Positions 14,819 to 29,100 of a stretch of 64,000 bases of DNA are shown in pieces (within the stretch, counting starts at the first letter, position 1; every line of letters begins with the position of its first letter). Made by a program: the position numbers and the translations under genes. Below the pieces are notes generated by a model. It searched no databases. It saw only the letters and a program-made list of their open reading frames with translations, and was not told the DNA's origin. Source of the DNA: the human T2T-CHM13v2.0 reference genome, Homo sapiens; the NCBI GenBank assembly GCA_009914755.4, contig CP068257.2, forward strand, positions 39,776,001 through 39,840,000, written 5' to 3'.

Positions 14819-15957
14819 GTGAGGACTTTCAAGCAGGACTCCCAAACCATCACTCTCATACCTTCCATAGACCCCAGTGCCTTGGAGGGAGAGATTGGAA
14901 TGGAGTTACCAAACCAGCCTGCAGACACGCTCACTGGTGTGCTAGATTGCTACTCTGTGTGGTCTGTGAGCCAGCAGCACTGGCAAGGCCTGAGAGCTGG
15001 TCAGAGCTACCGATTCTGCCCTTCTGCCTGAGAACTCGTACTGAGGTTTCCAGGAGATGGGGAAGCACACTGAGTGCCATAGGCGTTCCATCGCTGTCCT
15101 TCAAACACGTGGAGGAGGCGGGGAAGATGGTTTCTCTTGTCTTTGGGGGGCAGGCAGAGGGTGCACATGCACTTCATCTGTATCACACGCAGCCACCAAC
15201 ACAGCCGCGTAAGGCAGCGGTCCCCAGTCTTTATGGCACCAGAGACTGCTTTCATGGAAGACAATTTTTCCACAGACCAGTGAGGGGTAAGAAGGATGGC
15301 TCCGGGATGAGTCAACTGCATTGCATTTATTGTGCCCTTTATTTCTATTATTATTACATTGTAATATATAATGAAGTAATTACACAGCTCACCAAAATGT
15401 AGAATCCTCATTATGGTGGGAGCCCTCAGCTTGTCTTCCTGCAACTAGACTGTCCCATCTAGCGGTGATGGGAGACAGTGACAGATCGTCAGGCATTAGA
15501 TTCTCATAAGGAACACGCAACCTAGATCCCTCGCACGTGCAGCTCACAACAGGGTTTGTGCTCCTGTGAGAATCTAGTGCCACCGCAGATCTGAAAAGAG
15601 GTGGGGCTCAGGCAGCAGTGCTCACTAGCTCACTGCACACCTCCTGCCGGACACGGACTGGAACTGGTCCAGCCTGGGAGTTGGGGACCCCTGATGTAAG
15701 GAATAGTCAGAGGCTAACATGCACACAGGCACGGGAAATGGACAGGACCTGCCCAGGCTGCATGAGGGCTGGATTGTGTGGCCCTGGAATGATGTCCCAC
15801 CCTCTCCTATCGCGGTTTGCAGGTCTAGGGAACTCAGTCTCCTGGAATGGGTCAGTGTATCATCAGTCATCCTCCCTGTGTCTTTAACCAGTTTTATTTC
15901 TGCTTGCATTTTACTGATGTTTTCTTCTTCTTCTCCTTTTTGTTTTTTTTTGGTCAG

Positions 15958-16034
15958 AAATTATCCAGCAAGCTTTCATTAACGTGGCCAAAAAACATTT
16001 TGGCGAATTTTTCAACCTTAACCAAACTGTTCAG
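15958..16034 (+). CDS. MX2: MX2 coding exon (77 nt) (E)IIQQAFINVAKKHFGEFFNLNQTVQ
   Basis: ORF 15984-16190 overlaps the peptide. Acceptor tggtcag|AA, donor CAG|gtaagc. Matches the MX1 77-nt exon at 63850-63926. Confidence 0.86.
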
Positions 16035-16141
16035 GTAAGCACCCAGAGTTCACTTGCTAGTCACCTGGACCACTGGCTGTTTAACCTTGAGAGAAGTTGG
16101 ATATTCACTGTCATTTGGAACCATGAGGCCAGGGATGTAAT

Positions 16142-16190
16142 GGCAGGCTGGCGAGGCTGGCAGGGCTGGCGGGGCTGGTGGAGCTGGTGA
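16142..16190. repeat. (GGCTGGN)7 G-rich heptamer minisatellite, ~110 bp downstream of the MX2 exon ending at 16034
   Basis: ggcaggctggcgaggctggcagggctggcggggctggtggagctggtg. Confidence 0.85.
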
Positions 16191-17717
16191 CTCCAGGAGC
16201 ACCTGCCTGCCTGGCTTCTGCTCAGGAGGCGGCTTCACTCCCCAGGAGAAATGAAATGCGGCCCGTGCCCTGCCATCTGTTCTGCACGACCTTACGCAGG
16301 ATGTGGGGCTCCACCGAGGACTGGCTGGTAGGCTGAATCTTTTTCAAGCATAAAGCACAGCATTGTTTACTAGTCCTACTCCCAAATTTGTATGTTTGAC
16401 TCAAAGATGTTGCCGTAGCTCTGTGGGTTTCTACTTAGCAACTCTTCCCCCGAGTTACCTTCAGCAAAGGCAAGAGAGGGCATGTGGCACTTGGGCTGTA
16501 GATAAAATTCCTCTTCTGCCCAGGCCTGGGCTGGTGGATTGAAATCTCATTCCATAGTGCAGGCAAGCAAGAAGGACAATTTTCGTCATTTTTCCGTCAT
16601 ATAAATTAATTTCTTCTTTCACCCTTTTTGCCTGTTAGTGAAAATTAAATCCCAGTTCTGACTCCCGCCCACTTTCTCAGGGGCTGTGTCTGAGTCCCGG
16701 GTGCCTGCTCATGGGGTGGGTGACCTGCCTGGTCCCCAGTCACCAAGATGTCCATTGTCCTTCCCGGGCCTTGGTCCCCTTGGTCCCTGAGCTCCTGCCC
16801 AGCCCCGCCGGGACACAGGAAGCACTCGGCTGCAGGCCCAACTGCTCTGGGCCATGGGAACTCTGGCATCCACCAAGGGCCTTCACCTCTTTTGTGCTGC
16901 CCTTGGATAGACACAGCCTTGCAGCAGCTCCCGGCTCCTCACCAGGGACTGCGGGGCTCTCCAAGGCCATGACCTGCACACTGCCCTCAGCCACAACAGA
17001 GCCTGGGGGGCTCGCTGCCTCCTGTGTCACAAATCTTGAGGAGTGCGGCACAGGCCACTTCTGCTCCCAGAGGGTCTACTGTCCTTTGTTGTGTAGACCG
17101 AAAGTGACTGAGGCAGATCTGCCTCGATCCGAGATTTATTTTGCCCAGGTCGAGGATGTACGTGGGAAAAAGAAATACAAGTTCCAGTGCTATCTGTGAC
17201 CTGTGCTTTTCCTAAGAGGGTTTAGGGGAACTTCAGTATTTAAAAAGGAAAGAGCGAGCAGGTGGGGAAGAAAGAAGGAAGGAGGGTAGGCAATGAGGCA
17301 ATGAGGCAGAGGTCACCCTCGTGTAAGGCTCTGACCAGCACTCAGTGAATCTATGTGTTAAATGTGAAAAGAAAGGCGTGGAGAGAAAGTCAATCATGCA
17401 TTCATCTCGCGCTCAGTAAATCTACATTTTACATCGGATAAAGTGCACATGTGAAATCACAGCTTCTGTTTGGGAACAAAAGAAAGGCAGTTAACTTTCC
17501 CTTTAGTATAGTAAGTTTGGGGTCCCAAGAATCTATTTTTCTTTCACAGTTGTCACATATACTCAAAAAAAAAAAAAAAAAAGAAAAAGAAAAAAAAAAG
17601 AGAAAGAACAAACAAACCAGCACCTGTGAAACTTCACCTCTGAAACTCACTCTCTCACTCTCAAGCCACTGCTTCTGCCTTCAGTTTTAAAAAGTCTATT
17701 TGAAGCTCAAAAGCCTA

Positions 17718-17975
17718 GGCCAGGTGTGGTGGCTCACGCCTGTAATCCTAGCACTTTGGGAGGCCGAGGCGGGCAGATCCCTTAAGGTCAGGAGTTCGAG
17801 ACCAGCCTGGCCAACCCGGTGAAACCCTTGTCTCTACTAAAAATACAAAAATTAGCCAGAAATCACTTGAACCTGGGAGGCGGAGGTTGCAGTCAGTCGA
17901 GATTGTGCCACTGCACTGCAGCCTGGGTAACAAAGAGAGACTCCATCTCAAAAAGAAAAAAAAAAAAGAAAAAGA
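17718..17975 (+). mobile_element. Alu (internally deleted)
   Basis: ggccaggtgtggtggctcacgcctgtaatcctagcactttgggaggccgaggcgggcagatc ... ctccatctcaaaaagaaaaaaaaa. Confidence 0.8.
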
Positions 17976-18009
17976 AACTCAAAGCCAGGACATGACAGTC
18001 TTAGTTCAA

Positions 18010-19085
<1,076 letters not shown>

Positions 19086-19435
19086 TAGCAGAAGTAGCAC
19101 CCCAGGAATGACTGACACCGTCCCAACAGCATGGACTAAGCCTGTTCCTGATGAAGGAGCAGAAAGCTGGTGGTGTAGGAGGGACTGGGGATGGCCAGAG
19201 AGGAAGAAAGGGCAGGAGAGAAGGTATGTCGCAAGTGGGGAGTGAGGAAACCGGGTTCATAAGGACAGAAAGGGCGAAGTGGGACTTTCTAAAAATCATC
19301 ATTTCAAGTCTCAGGACTTCTTTGACTATGGATTCGTTTTATTTCTGAGTTCAACATAATAGTACTTCCAAATTTGTTTAAGCCAACAGGAAAGAAGAAA
19401 AAGAAGTAATGTGTTTGTCTTTTTTATCTAACCAG

Positions 19436-19690
19436 AGCACGATTGAAGACATAAAAGTGAAACACACAGCAAAGGCAGAAAACATGATCCAACTTCAGTT
19501 CAGAATGGAGCAGATGGTTTTTTGTCAAGATCAGATTTACAGTGTTGTTCTGAAGAAAGTCCGAGAAGAGATTTTTAACCCTCTGGGGACGCCTTCACAG
19601 AATATGAAGTTGAACTCTCATTTTCCCAGTAATGAGTCTTCGGTTTCCTCCTTTACTGAAATAGGCATCCACCTGAATGCCTACTTCTTG
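19436..19690 (+). CDS. MX2: MX2 coding exon (255 nt) STIEDIKVKHTAKAENMIQLQFRMEQMVFCQDQIYSVVLKKVREEIFNPLGTPSQNMKLNSHFPSNESSVSSFTEIGIHLNAYFL
   Basis: ORF 19409-19726 has the peptide. Acceptor taaccag|AGC, donor TTG|gtgagt. Confidence 0.88.
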
Positions 19691-20682
19691 GTGAGTTCCC
19701 GGCGGGGCAGGAGCCGTGCTCTCTGAAATTTGCAGAGCTGAGTAGGGGCTATGCTAACCTAGAGAGGCTTTGCTGAGGGAAGGAGGGAGGGACCACTACA
19801 ATGTATTAAGCCCTTCTGTACTATGATAAACTACTTATATATTTTCTCATTTATAATTTTACATGAACCCTATGAAGGCACTTTTAATTAATTTGCCCAC
19901 AATCAATTTTTAAAGTGGTAGAGCGTGTACTCAAAATTAATTCTGACCCCAAAATTCCTTATATTTCTTATGCGGTCCATGAATTACAAAATTACTATGA
20001 TCAGAATACAGCAAAATACAACAAACGTCAACGATTGTGACTATAAACTAGCTTTCCTTGGTGTTCAGAAGGCACTAACATGCCACACTTGCCAGCCCCA
20101 CAAGATAGGAATGAAATTTCCTTTCCCTAGATTTTGTGACCCAGTGAACTTTTTGGCCTCTGACTGTCTATCCAATATGCAAGTATCACTGTTCCCAGGA
20201 AGAAAAAATAGCTTTTAAACTGCAAAGACACCCACCTCCCGAAGCCCTTTCTCAATCAGAATAGAGTGGTTTCCCAGCCATGGGCACCTGGCTGCCAGGC
20301 ATACTGGCTATGCCTATGAAGAAGGAATGAGGGGAGGATTCGAAACGGCCCTGGTGCATACCCAGAAGGGAGCCAGGGGAGTCCTGGGCTGGGGGAGTTT
20401 CTCCAGCAGGGAGGAGCTGTGGGGATGCCCAGAGGTGATATGGGCTTGCTAGCCTACCAGGGGGCTTCTTAGTGCTAGAGGGGATGCCTGGAAGTAAAGA
20501 GGGGTCAGCGCAAATAGAACCTTCACGGGGCTTGATGCTGACCACCGGAGTGGAGGTGGGCGAGACCACCAGGGCTTCGCCAGGCAACCATGTGCGCATC
20601 CAGGAACTCCATGCCTTCTCTCTGCAACCACAGGCCTTGGGCTGAGACCACTCCAGCAAACCCTTCTTTCTCCCTCTTCCAG

Positions 20683-20925
20683 GAAACCAGCAAACGTCTC
20701 GCCAACCAGATCCCATTTATAATTCAGTATTTTATGCTCCGAGAGAATGGTGACTCCTTGCAGAAAGCCATGATGCAGATACTACAGGAAAAAAATCGCT
20801 ATTCCTGGCTGCTTCAAGAGCAGAGTGAGACCGCTACCAAGAGAAGAATCCTTAAGGAGAGAATTTACCGGCTCACTCAGGCGCGACACGCACTCTGTCA
20901 ATTCTCCAGCAAAGAGATCCACTGA
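20683..20925 (+). CDS. MX2: MX2 terminal coding segment [84 protein letters not shown] (TGA 20923-20925)
   Basis: ORF 20590-20925 has the peptide. Acceptor ctcttccag|GAA. The peptide is the C-terminus of MxB as I recall it. Confidence 0.9.
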   Translation, partial: ETSKRLANQIPFIIQYFMLRENGDSLQKAMMQILQEKNRYSWLLQEQSETATKRRILKERIYRLTQARHALCQFSSKEIH

Positions 20926-21358
20926 AGGGCGGCGATGCCTGTGGTTGTTTTCTTGTGCGTACTCATTCATTCTAAGGGGAGTCGGTGCAGGATGCCGCTT
21001 CTGCTTTGGGGCCAAACTCTTCTGTCACTATCAGTGTCCATCTCTACTGTACTCCCTCAGCATCAGAGCATGCATCAGGGGTCCACACAGGCTCAGCTCT
21101 CTCCACCACCCAGCTCTTCCCTGACCTTCACGAAGGGATGGCTCTCCAGTCCTTGGGTCCCGTAGCACACAGTTACAGTGTCCTAAGATACTGCTATCAT
21201 TCTTCGCTAATTTGTATTTGTATTCCCTTCCCCCTACAAGATTATGAGACCCCAGAGGGGGAAGGTCTGGGTCAAATTCTTCTTTTGTATGTCCAGTCTC
21301 CTGCACAGCACCTGCAGCATTGTAACTGCTTAATAAATGACATCTCACTGAACGAATG
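20926..21358 (+). other. MX2: MX2 3'UTR (minimum extent; may extend to downstream polyA signals at 21606 or ~22062)
   Basis: Continues directly from the stop codon. The first canonical AATAAA is at 21332-21337. Confidence 0.5.
21332..21337 (+). terminator. MX2: polyadenylation signal AATAAA (candidate MX2 3' end; alternatives at 21606-21611 and 22062-22067)
   Basis: The hexamer is seen in the sequence, 407 nt after the stop codon. Confidence 0.45.
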
Positions 21359-21635
21359 AGTGCTGTGTAAGTGATGGAGATACCTGAGGCTATTGCTCAA
21401 GCCCAGGCCTTGGACATTTAGTGACTGTTAGCCGGTCCCTTTCAGATCCAGTGGCCATGCCCCCTGCTTCCCATGGTTCACTGTCATTGTGTTTCCCAGC
21501 CTCTCCACTCCCCCGCCAGAAAGGAGCCTGAGTGATTCTCTTTTCTTCTTGTTTCCCTGATTATGATGAGCTTCCATTGTTCTGTTAAGTCTTGAAGAGG
21601 AATTTAATAAAGCAAAGAAACTTTTTAAAAACGTA

Positions 21636-21925
21636 GCCAGGTTCAGTGACTCATACCTGTAATCCCAGTGACTCTGGAGACTGAAGCAGAAGGATCACTT
21701 GAGCCCAGGAGTTCAAGACCAGACTGGGCAACACAGGGAGACCCTGTCTCTAAAAAAATTTGTTTGTAAGTAGCCAGACATGGTGGTGCACACCTGTAGT
21801 CCCAGCCACTCAGGTGGCTGGAGCAGGAGGATCCCTTGAGCCCAGGATTTTGAGGCTGCAGTGAGCCATGACTGCACCATGTACTACAGCCTGGGTGACA
21901 GAGTGAGAGTGAGACTCTGTCTCTG
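21636..21925 (+). mobile_element. Alu
   Basis: gccaggttcagtgactcatacctgtaatcccagtgactctggagactgaagcag ... gagtgagactctgtctc. Confidence 0.8.
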
Positions 21926-21926
21926 A

Positions 21927-21972
21927 ATACACACACACACACACACACATACACAGAGAGAGAGAGAGAGAA
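21927..21972. repeat. (CA)n(GA)n dinucleotide repeats at the Alu tail
   Basis: acacacacacacacacacatacacagagagagagagagag. Confidence 0.9.
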
Positions 21973-22307
21973 CTTCACACCAGTGATCATCATTATGGGT
22001 AATTTTCTTTTCTTCTTCATGTTTTCCTGTATGTTTCAAATGATGAACATATAGATTCCTTAATAAAAAGGCAATAGAATAAATATCATTGCTGATTTGT
22101 TTTAAAACCCAAGTTTGAGATGGAAAGAGTGCCTCAAAAACATTCAGCTTTGTTCAGGGGTACAGACGAGAAAGATTACGTGAATTTCTTTCTTCATTTG
22201 CTGTAAAAGATGTTGGAAAAGAAAGTTCAAGTCAAAAATCACAGCTTGACCAGCATCCCCAAGAGCTCTCTTGCAGAGGTCTCTTTGATTTGTGTTCAAA
22301 TGCTAGT

Positions 22308-22669
22308 GTATTAGTCTGCTATAGCTGCCATAACAAATATCACATGCTGGGTGGCTTAAGCTACAGAAATTTATTTCCTCCCACCTCCAGAGGCTGGAAG
22401 TGTCTGAGATCAAAGTGTTGCTAGTTTGGTTTCTCCTGAGGTTTCTCTCCTTGGCTTGCAGACTGCCACCTTCTCACCAGGCCTATGCTTGGCCTCTCTC
22501 TTTTCTCTTACAAGGATCCCAGTCCTCTTGAATCAGGTCCCCACCCTTAGGGCTTCATTTAAGCTTGATCACCTCTTTAAAGACCCTACCTCCAAATGCA
22601 GTCACATTGGGAGTTAAGGCATCAGCATATGAATTTGAGGGTGGGGGCATAATTTGTTCCATTACAGCA
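22308..22669 (+). mobile_element. MLT1-type MaLR LTR
   Basis: gtattagtctgctatagctgccataacaaatatcacatgctgggtggcttaagctacagaaatttatttcctcccacctccagaggctggaagtgtctgagatcaaagtg ... cctacctccaaatgcagtcacattgggagttaaggcatcagcatatgaatttgagggtgggg. Confidence 0.7.
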
Positions 22670-23129
22670 AGTAAGAAAATAGACATGTGCATTCTGAACA
22701 CAAAACTCGAGCAATGACCAAAAACTTGGAAAAAGGTATCTCTAATTCAAAAGGCAGCAGATCTGGCCTGAAGCAAACCAGATGATCATGGAAAGGCTGA
22801 CATTGATCGATTGCTTGCAATCCTCCAAACGTGGAATTTGGGAATATGTTCCAGTTATCTATTGTTGTGTAACAATCACCCCAAAACTTAATGGCTTAAA
22901 ACAGCAGATGTATTCTTTCTCTGGATTCTGTGGGAAGTCTGTGTTGTTCCTCTGTGTGTCTCACCTGGGCTCACCCATGCGTCACAGTCACACAGAAGCT
23001 AGACAAGGCTGGGAGGTCCAAGGGAGCCTCACTCTTCAAACTACATTTCCATAAGGAACACTTGGGTTTCATTAGCACTGATTTCCAAAAGTAAGAATGT
23101 CAACCTAAAAGGAAGAAGCTGGCTATTTT

Positions 23130-26100
23130 TTTTTTTTCAGAGGGAAAATGGTGGGTAAGAAGCAGGACTAATGTGCAGTTTCCACTTGGATGGATAGAAC
23201 AGCATGTGGAGACTCACATTGTGAGCTTTTTCTCCAAGAACCACCACAGGAACATACCAGGAAAACCAAAAGAATTCACAGACCCTTTGAACAAAGTGGC
23301 TTGTCACTGCAAACACTGTGAGACAGCCAAAAAACTGTGAGCACCCGAAATGTAAGAGGGGAAAGCATCTCCAAACACACATCCTCACTGGGGAACCCAA
23401 AAATCCAGATCAGAGGGGAAGGATTTAACAGTATCTAGAGCTGAAATAAATTTAGAGAGCCGAGTGAAATATAAAAGTAGTAGAAGCAGTGGGAAGAGCC
23501 CTGCAGGCACTCCTGGTCCCCAGGGAAACCCAGGGAAGCCATTTCTGACTTTAATCTCACAGGGGTCCCTGGGGAGGGCAGCCAGTGGAAGTGGGGAAGG
23601 GCCACAGGGAGGAGACTTCCAGCTGAACTTTGTAATAATGCTGACTGATCGTGAGTTTTCCTGGACAGCATCCAGGGCAGGGAGAAGGGGAAATGGGAAG
23701 TGCAGGTAGGAGCACAGAAGCCATGACGGGGAGGGGAGGGGCATGGCCTGAAAGCCCTGCTTGCTTTCTCAATAGGGAGGCTTGTAACCTGCGGCAAGAT
23801 CTCAGTCCTGCGCACTACAGGCATGGATATAAAATCGGCTCTGTTGGATGTTGGGGGAGCATGGTGGGAGTGAGACTGGCCTTCTTGGCTGCATGGAAGC
23901 TGGATGAGACCTGTCACTGCCAGCTTTCCCTCACCTTCCTGGTGTCCTGTATGACACAGCAGAAGCAGACATAATCCCCCTGGGAATGTATCTCCATAAG
24001 CCTGAGAAGCACACCCCATCACTCACAGCAGCCATAACAAGCTCTGCCCAAGGAGAATCTGAGCTCAGACATGCCTAACCCTGCCCCACCTGATGGTCTT
24101 TCTCTACCTGCCCTGGTATTCAAAGACAAAAGACATAATCTCGTGGGAGCTCTACGGCCCCACCCATCACTTAAGAAACAGAAATACTTACCCAGGCAAC
24201 CTTAGGGCAAGCTTGTATCCTCCCTATACTGTGGCAGCTATTGCCCTCTTTGTAGCGCCACCTCTTGGCTGGAGGCCAACCCACTCAAGCCATTACAGCA
24301 ACTCATAACAGAACAACCCTGCCCCTAGAGAAAAAGAAAACAACAGCTAATTCCACTGCCTGTAATATCCTGGCTAGCCAGAGGTCCTGAATCTGTCCAC
24401 ATGACAACTTCACTGCTAGCATAACCAGCATTTGAGAAAACCAGCACACTAAACAAAATTACAAGCAAGGACACTCACAGAGCCCACTTCACTCCCCTGC
24501 TACCTCCACCAGGGCAGGTGCTGGTATCTGTGGCTGAGAGACCTAAAGACGTATCACATCACAGGGCTTTTTTCACACTCTCAGTACCAGCTCAGAGCCT
24601 GGTAGCTCCACTAGGTGGCTAGACCTTGAAGAGCAGTAACAATCACTGCTGTCCAGCTCTCAGGAAGTCCCATTCCTAGGAGAAGGGGGAGAGCGCCACA
24701 TCAAAGGATCACCCTGTGGGACAAAAGAATCTAAACAGCAGCCCTTGAGTCCCAGATCTTTCCTCTGACATAGTCTGCCCAAATGAGAAGGAACCAGAAA
24801 AACAATTCTGGTAATATGACAAAACAAGGTTCTTTAACACCCTCAAAAGATCACACCAGCTTACCAGCAATGGATCCAAACCAAGAATAAATCTCTGAAT
24901 TCCTAGAAAAAGAATTTAGAAGGTTGATTATTAAGCTACTCAAGGAGGCACGAGAAAGGTAAATACTAACTAAAAGAAATTTACAAAATAATACAGAATA
25001 TGAATGAAAAAATCTCCAGAGAACTAGATAACATAAATAAAAAACAATCACAACTTCTGAAAATTGAAGACACACTTAAAGAGAAATGGAAAACACACTG
25101 GAAAAAGTTTCAACAATTGATTGAAACAAGCAGAAGAAAGAACTTCAGAGCTCAGACACAAGGCTTTCAAATTAACCCAATCTGACAAAGACAAAGAAAA
25201 AAATAATTGTAATGAACAAAGCCTCAGAGAAGTTTGGGATTATGTTAAACAACCAAACTTAAGAATAATTGGTGTTCCTGAGTAAGAAGAAAAATATAAA
25301 AGTTTGAAAAACTTATTTGAGGAAATAATTGAGAAACAATTACCTGATGTTGCTAAAGATCTAGACATCCAACTACAAGAAGCTCTAAGAACACCTGGGA
25401 AATTCACTGCAAATAGATCATCACCTGGGCACATAGTCGCCAGGTTATCTAAAGTTAAGACAATGGAAAGAATCTTAAGAGGCATAAGGCAAAAGCATTA
25501 GGGTGAAAGAAAAACCTATCACATTAACAGCAGATTTCTCAGCAGAAACACTACAAGCTAGAAAGGAATGGGGTCCTATCTTTAGCCTCCTTAAACAAAA
25601 TAATTATCAGCCAAGAATTTTGTATCCAGCAAAACTAAGCTTCATAAATGAAGGAGAAATAGTCTTTTTCAGACAGACAAATGCTGAGAGAATTCACCAT
25701 TACCAAGCCGGCACTACAAGAACTACTAAAAGGAATTCTAAATCTCGAAACAAAACATGGAAATACACCAAAATAGAACCTCCTTAAATTATAAATCTCA
25801 CATGGTCTATAAAACAGCAACACAATGGAAAAAAAAAACAACGTATTCAGACAACTAGCATAATAAATAGAATAGTACCTCACATCTCAACACTAACGTT
25901 GAATGTAAACGGCCTAAATGCTTCATTTAAAAGATACAGAATTGCAGAATGGATAAGAATTCACCAACCAAGTATCTACTGTCTTCAAGAGAAACATCAA
26001 ATGCATAAAAACGCACAAAACTTAAGGTAAAGGGGTGGAAAAAGATATTCCATGCAAATAGACACCAAAAGCAAGCAGGAGTAGCTATTCTTATATCAGA

Positions 26101-29100
26101 CAAAACAGATTTTAAAGCAACAACAGTTTAAAAAAAAAAGACAAAAGAGGGACATTATATAATGATAAAAGGACTAGTCCAACAGGAAAATATCACAATC
26201 CTAAATACATATGCACCTAACACTGGAGCTCCCAAATTTATAAAACAATTACGACTAGACCTAAGAAACAAGATAGACAGCAACACAATAATAGTGGGGG
26301 ATTTCAATACTCCACTGACAGCACTAGACAGGTCATCAAGACAGAAAGTCAACAAAGAAACAATGGACTTAAACTATACCCTAGAACAAATGGACTTAAC
26401 AAATATGTACAGAATATTCTAACCAACAATATACATTATATTCATCAGCACATGCAACATTCTCCAAGGTAGACCGTATGATAGTCACAAAACAAGTCTC
26501 AATAAATTTAAGAAAATTGGAATTATATCATGCGCTCTCTCGGACCACAGTGGAATAAAATTGGAAATCAACTCCAAAAGGAACTCTCAAAACCACGCAA
26601 ACACATGGAAATTAAATAATCTGCTCCTGAATGATTGTTGGGTCAAGCATGAAATCAAGATGGTAATTAAAAAATTCTTTGAACTGAATGATAATAATAG
26701 TGACACAACCTGTCAAAACCTCTGGGATACAGCAAAACTGGTGCTAAGATGAAAGACCATAGCATTAAATACCTACATCAAAAATAGACAAGCACAAATG
26801 GACAATCTTAAGTCACACCTTAAGGAACTAGAGAAACAAGAACAAAACAAACCCAAACCCAGAAGAAGAAAAGAAATAAAGATCAGAGCAGAACTAAATG
26901 AAATTGAAACAAAAAAATACAAAAGATAAATGAAACAAAAAGCTTGTTCTTTGAAAAGATAAATGTTGATAGACCATTAGCAAGATTAACCAAGAAAAGA
27001 AGAGAGAGTATCCAAATAAGCTCAATCAGAAATGAAATAGGAGATAATACAACCAATAGCACAGAAATACAAAAGATCATTCAAGGATACTACGAACACT
27101 TTTATCCACACAAACGAGAAAATTTAGAGGAGATGGATAAATTACTGGAAATATACAACCCTCCTAGATTAAACCAGGAAGAAATAGAAACTCTGAACAG
27201 ACTAATAACAAGGAGCAAGATTGAAATCTTGGCAATTTAAAAACTTGAAACTATTCTAAAAGATAGAGAAAGAGGGAATCCTCCCTAAATCATTCTATGA
27301 AGCCAGTATCACCCTAATACCAAAACCAGGAAAGGACATAACAAAAAAAGAAAACTATAGACCAATATCTCTGATGAAATACGTAAAAATCCTCAACAAA
27401 ATACTAGGTAACCAAATCCAACAGCATATCGAAAAGAATCCACCATGGTCAAGTGGGTTTTATACCATGGATCCAGGGATGTTTTAACATATGCAAGTCA
27501 ATAAATGTGATACACCACATAAACAGAATTAAAAACAAAAATCACATAAGCATCTCAATAGATGCAGAAAAAACATTTGACAAAATCCAGCATCCCTTTA
27601 TGATTAAAACCCTCAGCAAAATCAGCATAGAAAGGACATACCTTAAGGTAATAAAAGCTATCCATGACAAACCCACAGCCAACATTATACTGAACGTGGA
27701 AAAGTTGAAAGCATTCCCCCTGAGAACTGGAGCAAGATAAGGATGCCCACTTTCACCACTTGTATCTATTCAACATCGTACTGGGAGTCCTAGCCAGAGC
27801 AATCAGACAAGAGAAAGAAATAAAAGGCATCCACATCAGTAAAGAGTAAGTCAAATTATCACTGTTCACCAATGATATGATTATATACCTAGAAAACCTT
27901 AAAATACTTGTCCAAAAAGCTCTTAGATCTGATAAATGAATTCAGTAAAGTTTCAGGATACAAAATCAATGTACACAAATCAATAGCACTTCTATACACC
28001 AACAGTGACCAAGCTGAGAGCTGAGAGTGAAATCAAGAACTCAACCCCTTTCACAATAGCTGCAAAAAAAAATGAACAAACAAACTTAGGAATATACTTA
28101 ACCAAGGAAGTGAAAGACCTCTATAAGGAAAACTACAAAATCCTGCTGAAAGAAATCATAGATGTCACAAACAAATGGAAACATATCCCATGCACATGGA
28201 TGGATAGAATCAATATTGTGAATATGACCACAATGCCAAAAGCAATCTACAAATTCAGTGCAATTCCCATGAAAATACAACCATCATTCTTCACAGAACT
28301 AGAAAAAACATTCTTAACATTCATATGGAACCAAAAAAGGAGCCCGCATAGCCAAAGCAAAACTAAGCAAAAAGAATAAACCTGGAGGCATCATATTACC
28401 CAACTTCAAACTATACTACAAGGCTATAGTCCCCAAAACAGCATGATACTGATATAAAAATAGGCACATAGACCAATGGAACAGAATACATAACCCAGAA
28501 ATAAAGCCAAATACTTATAGCTGACTGAACTTTGACAAAGCAAACAAAAGCATAAAGTGGGGAAAGGACACCCTATTCAACACATGGTGCTGGGATAATT
28601 GGCAAGCTACATGTAGAAGAATGAAACTGGATCCTCATATCTTGCCTTATACAAAAGTCAACTCAAGATGGATCAAAGACTTAAATCTAGGACCTAAAAC
28701 CATAAAAATTCTAGAAGATAACATTGGAAAAACCCTTGTAGACATTGGCTTAGGCAAAGAGTTCATGACCAAGAACCCAAAAGCAAATGCAACAAAAATG
28801 AAGACAAATGGATCGGACTTAATTAAGCTGAAAAGCTTCTACACAGCAAAAGAAATAATTAGCAGAGTAAATAGACAACATACAGAGTGGGAGAAAATTT
28901 TGCAAACTATGCAGCCAACGAAGGGCTAATATCCAGAATCTACAAGGAACTCAAACAAATCAGCAAGAAGAAAACAAATACTCCCTCACAAAGTGGGCTA
29001 AGGATGTGAATAGACAATTCTCAAAAGAAGATATACAAATGGCCAACATATAAAAAAAAATCAACATCACTAATTATTAGGAAAATGCAAATCAAAACCA

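Noticed and set aside
14758-15402. 214-aa ORF starting MHQYIQQLVEPALSMLQKAMGEDFQ...
   Set aside because: It is read-through from the MX2 exon (14660-14818) across its GT donor into the intron. It is not an independent gene.
16711-17199. 162-aa GC-rich ORF in an MX2 intron
   Set aside because: I recognise no domain. It is not flanked by plausible splice sites in frame with the MX2 exons. The high GC content explains the open frame.
23435-24022. 195-aa minus-strand ORF
   Set aside because: It lies in the long 5'UTR of the old L1 element, and nothing else supports it. It is an artefact.
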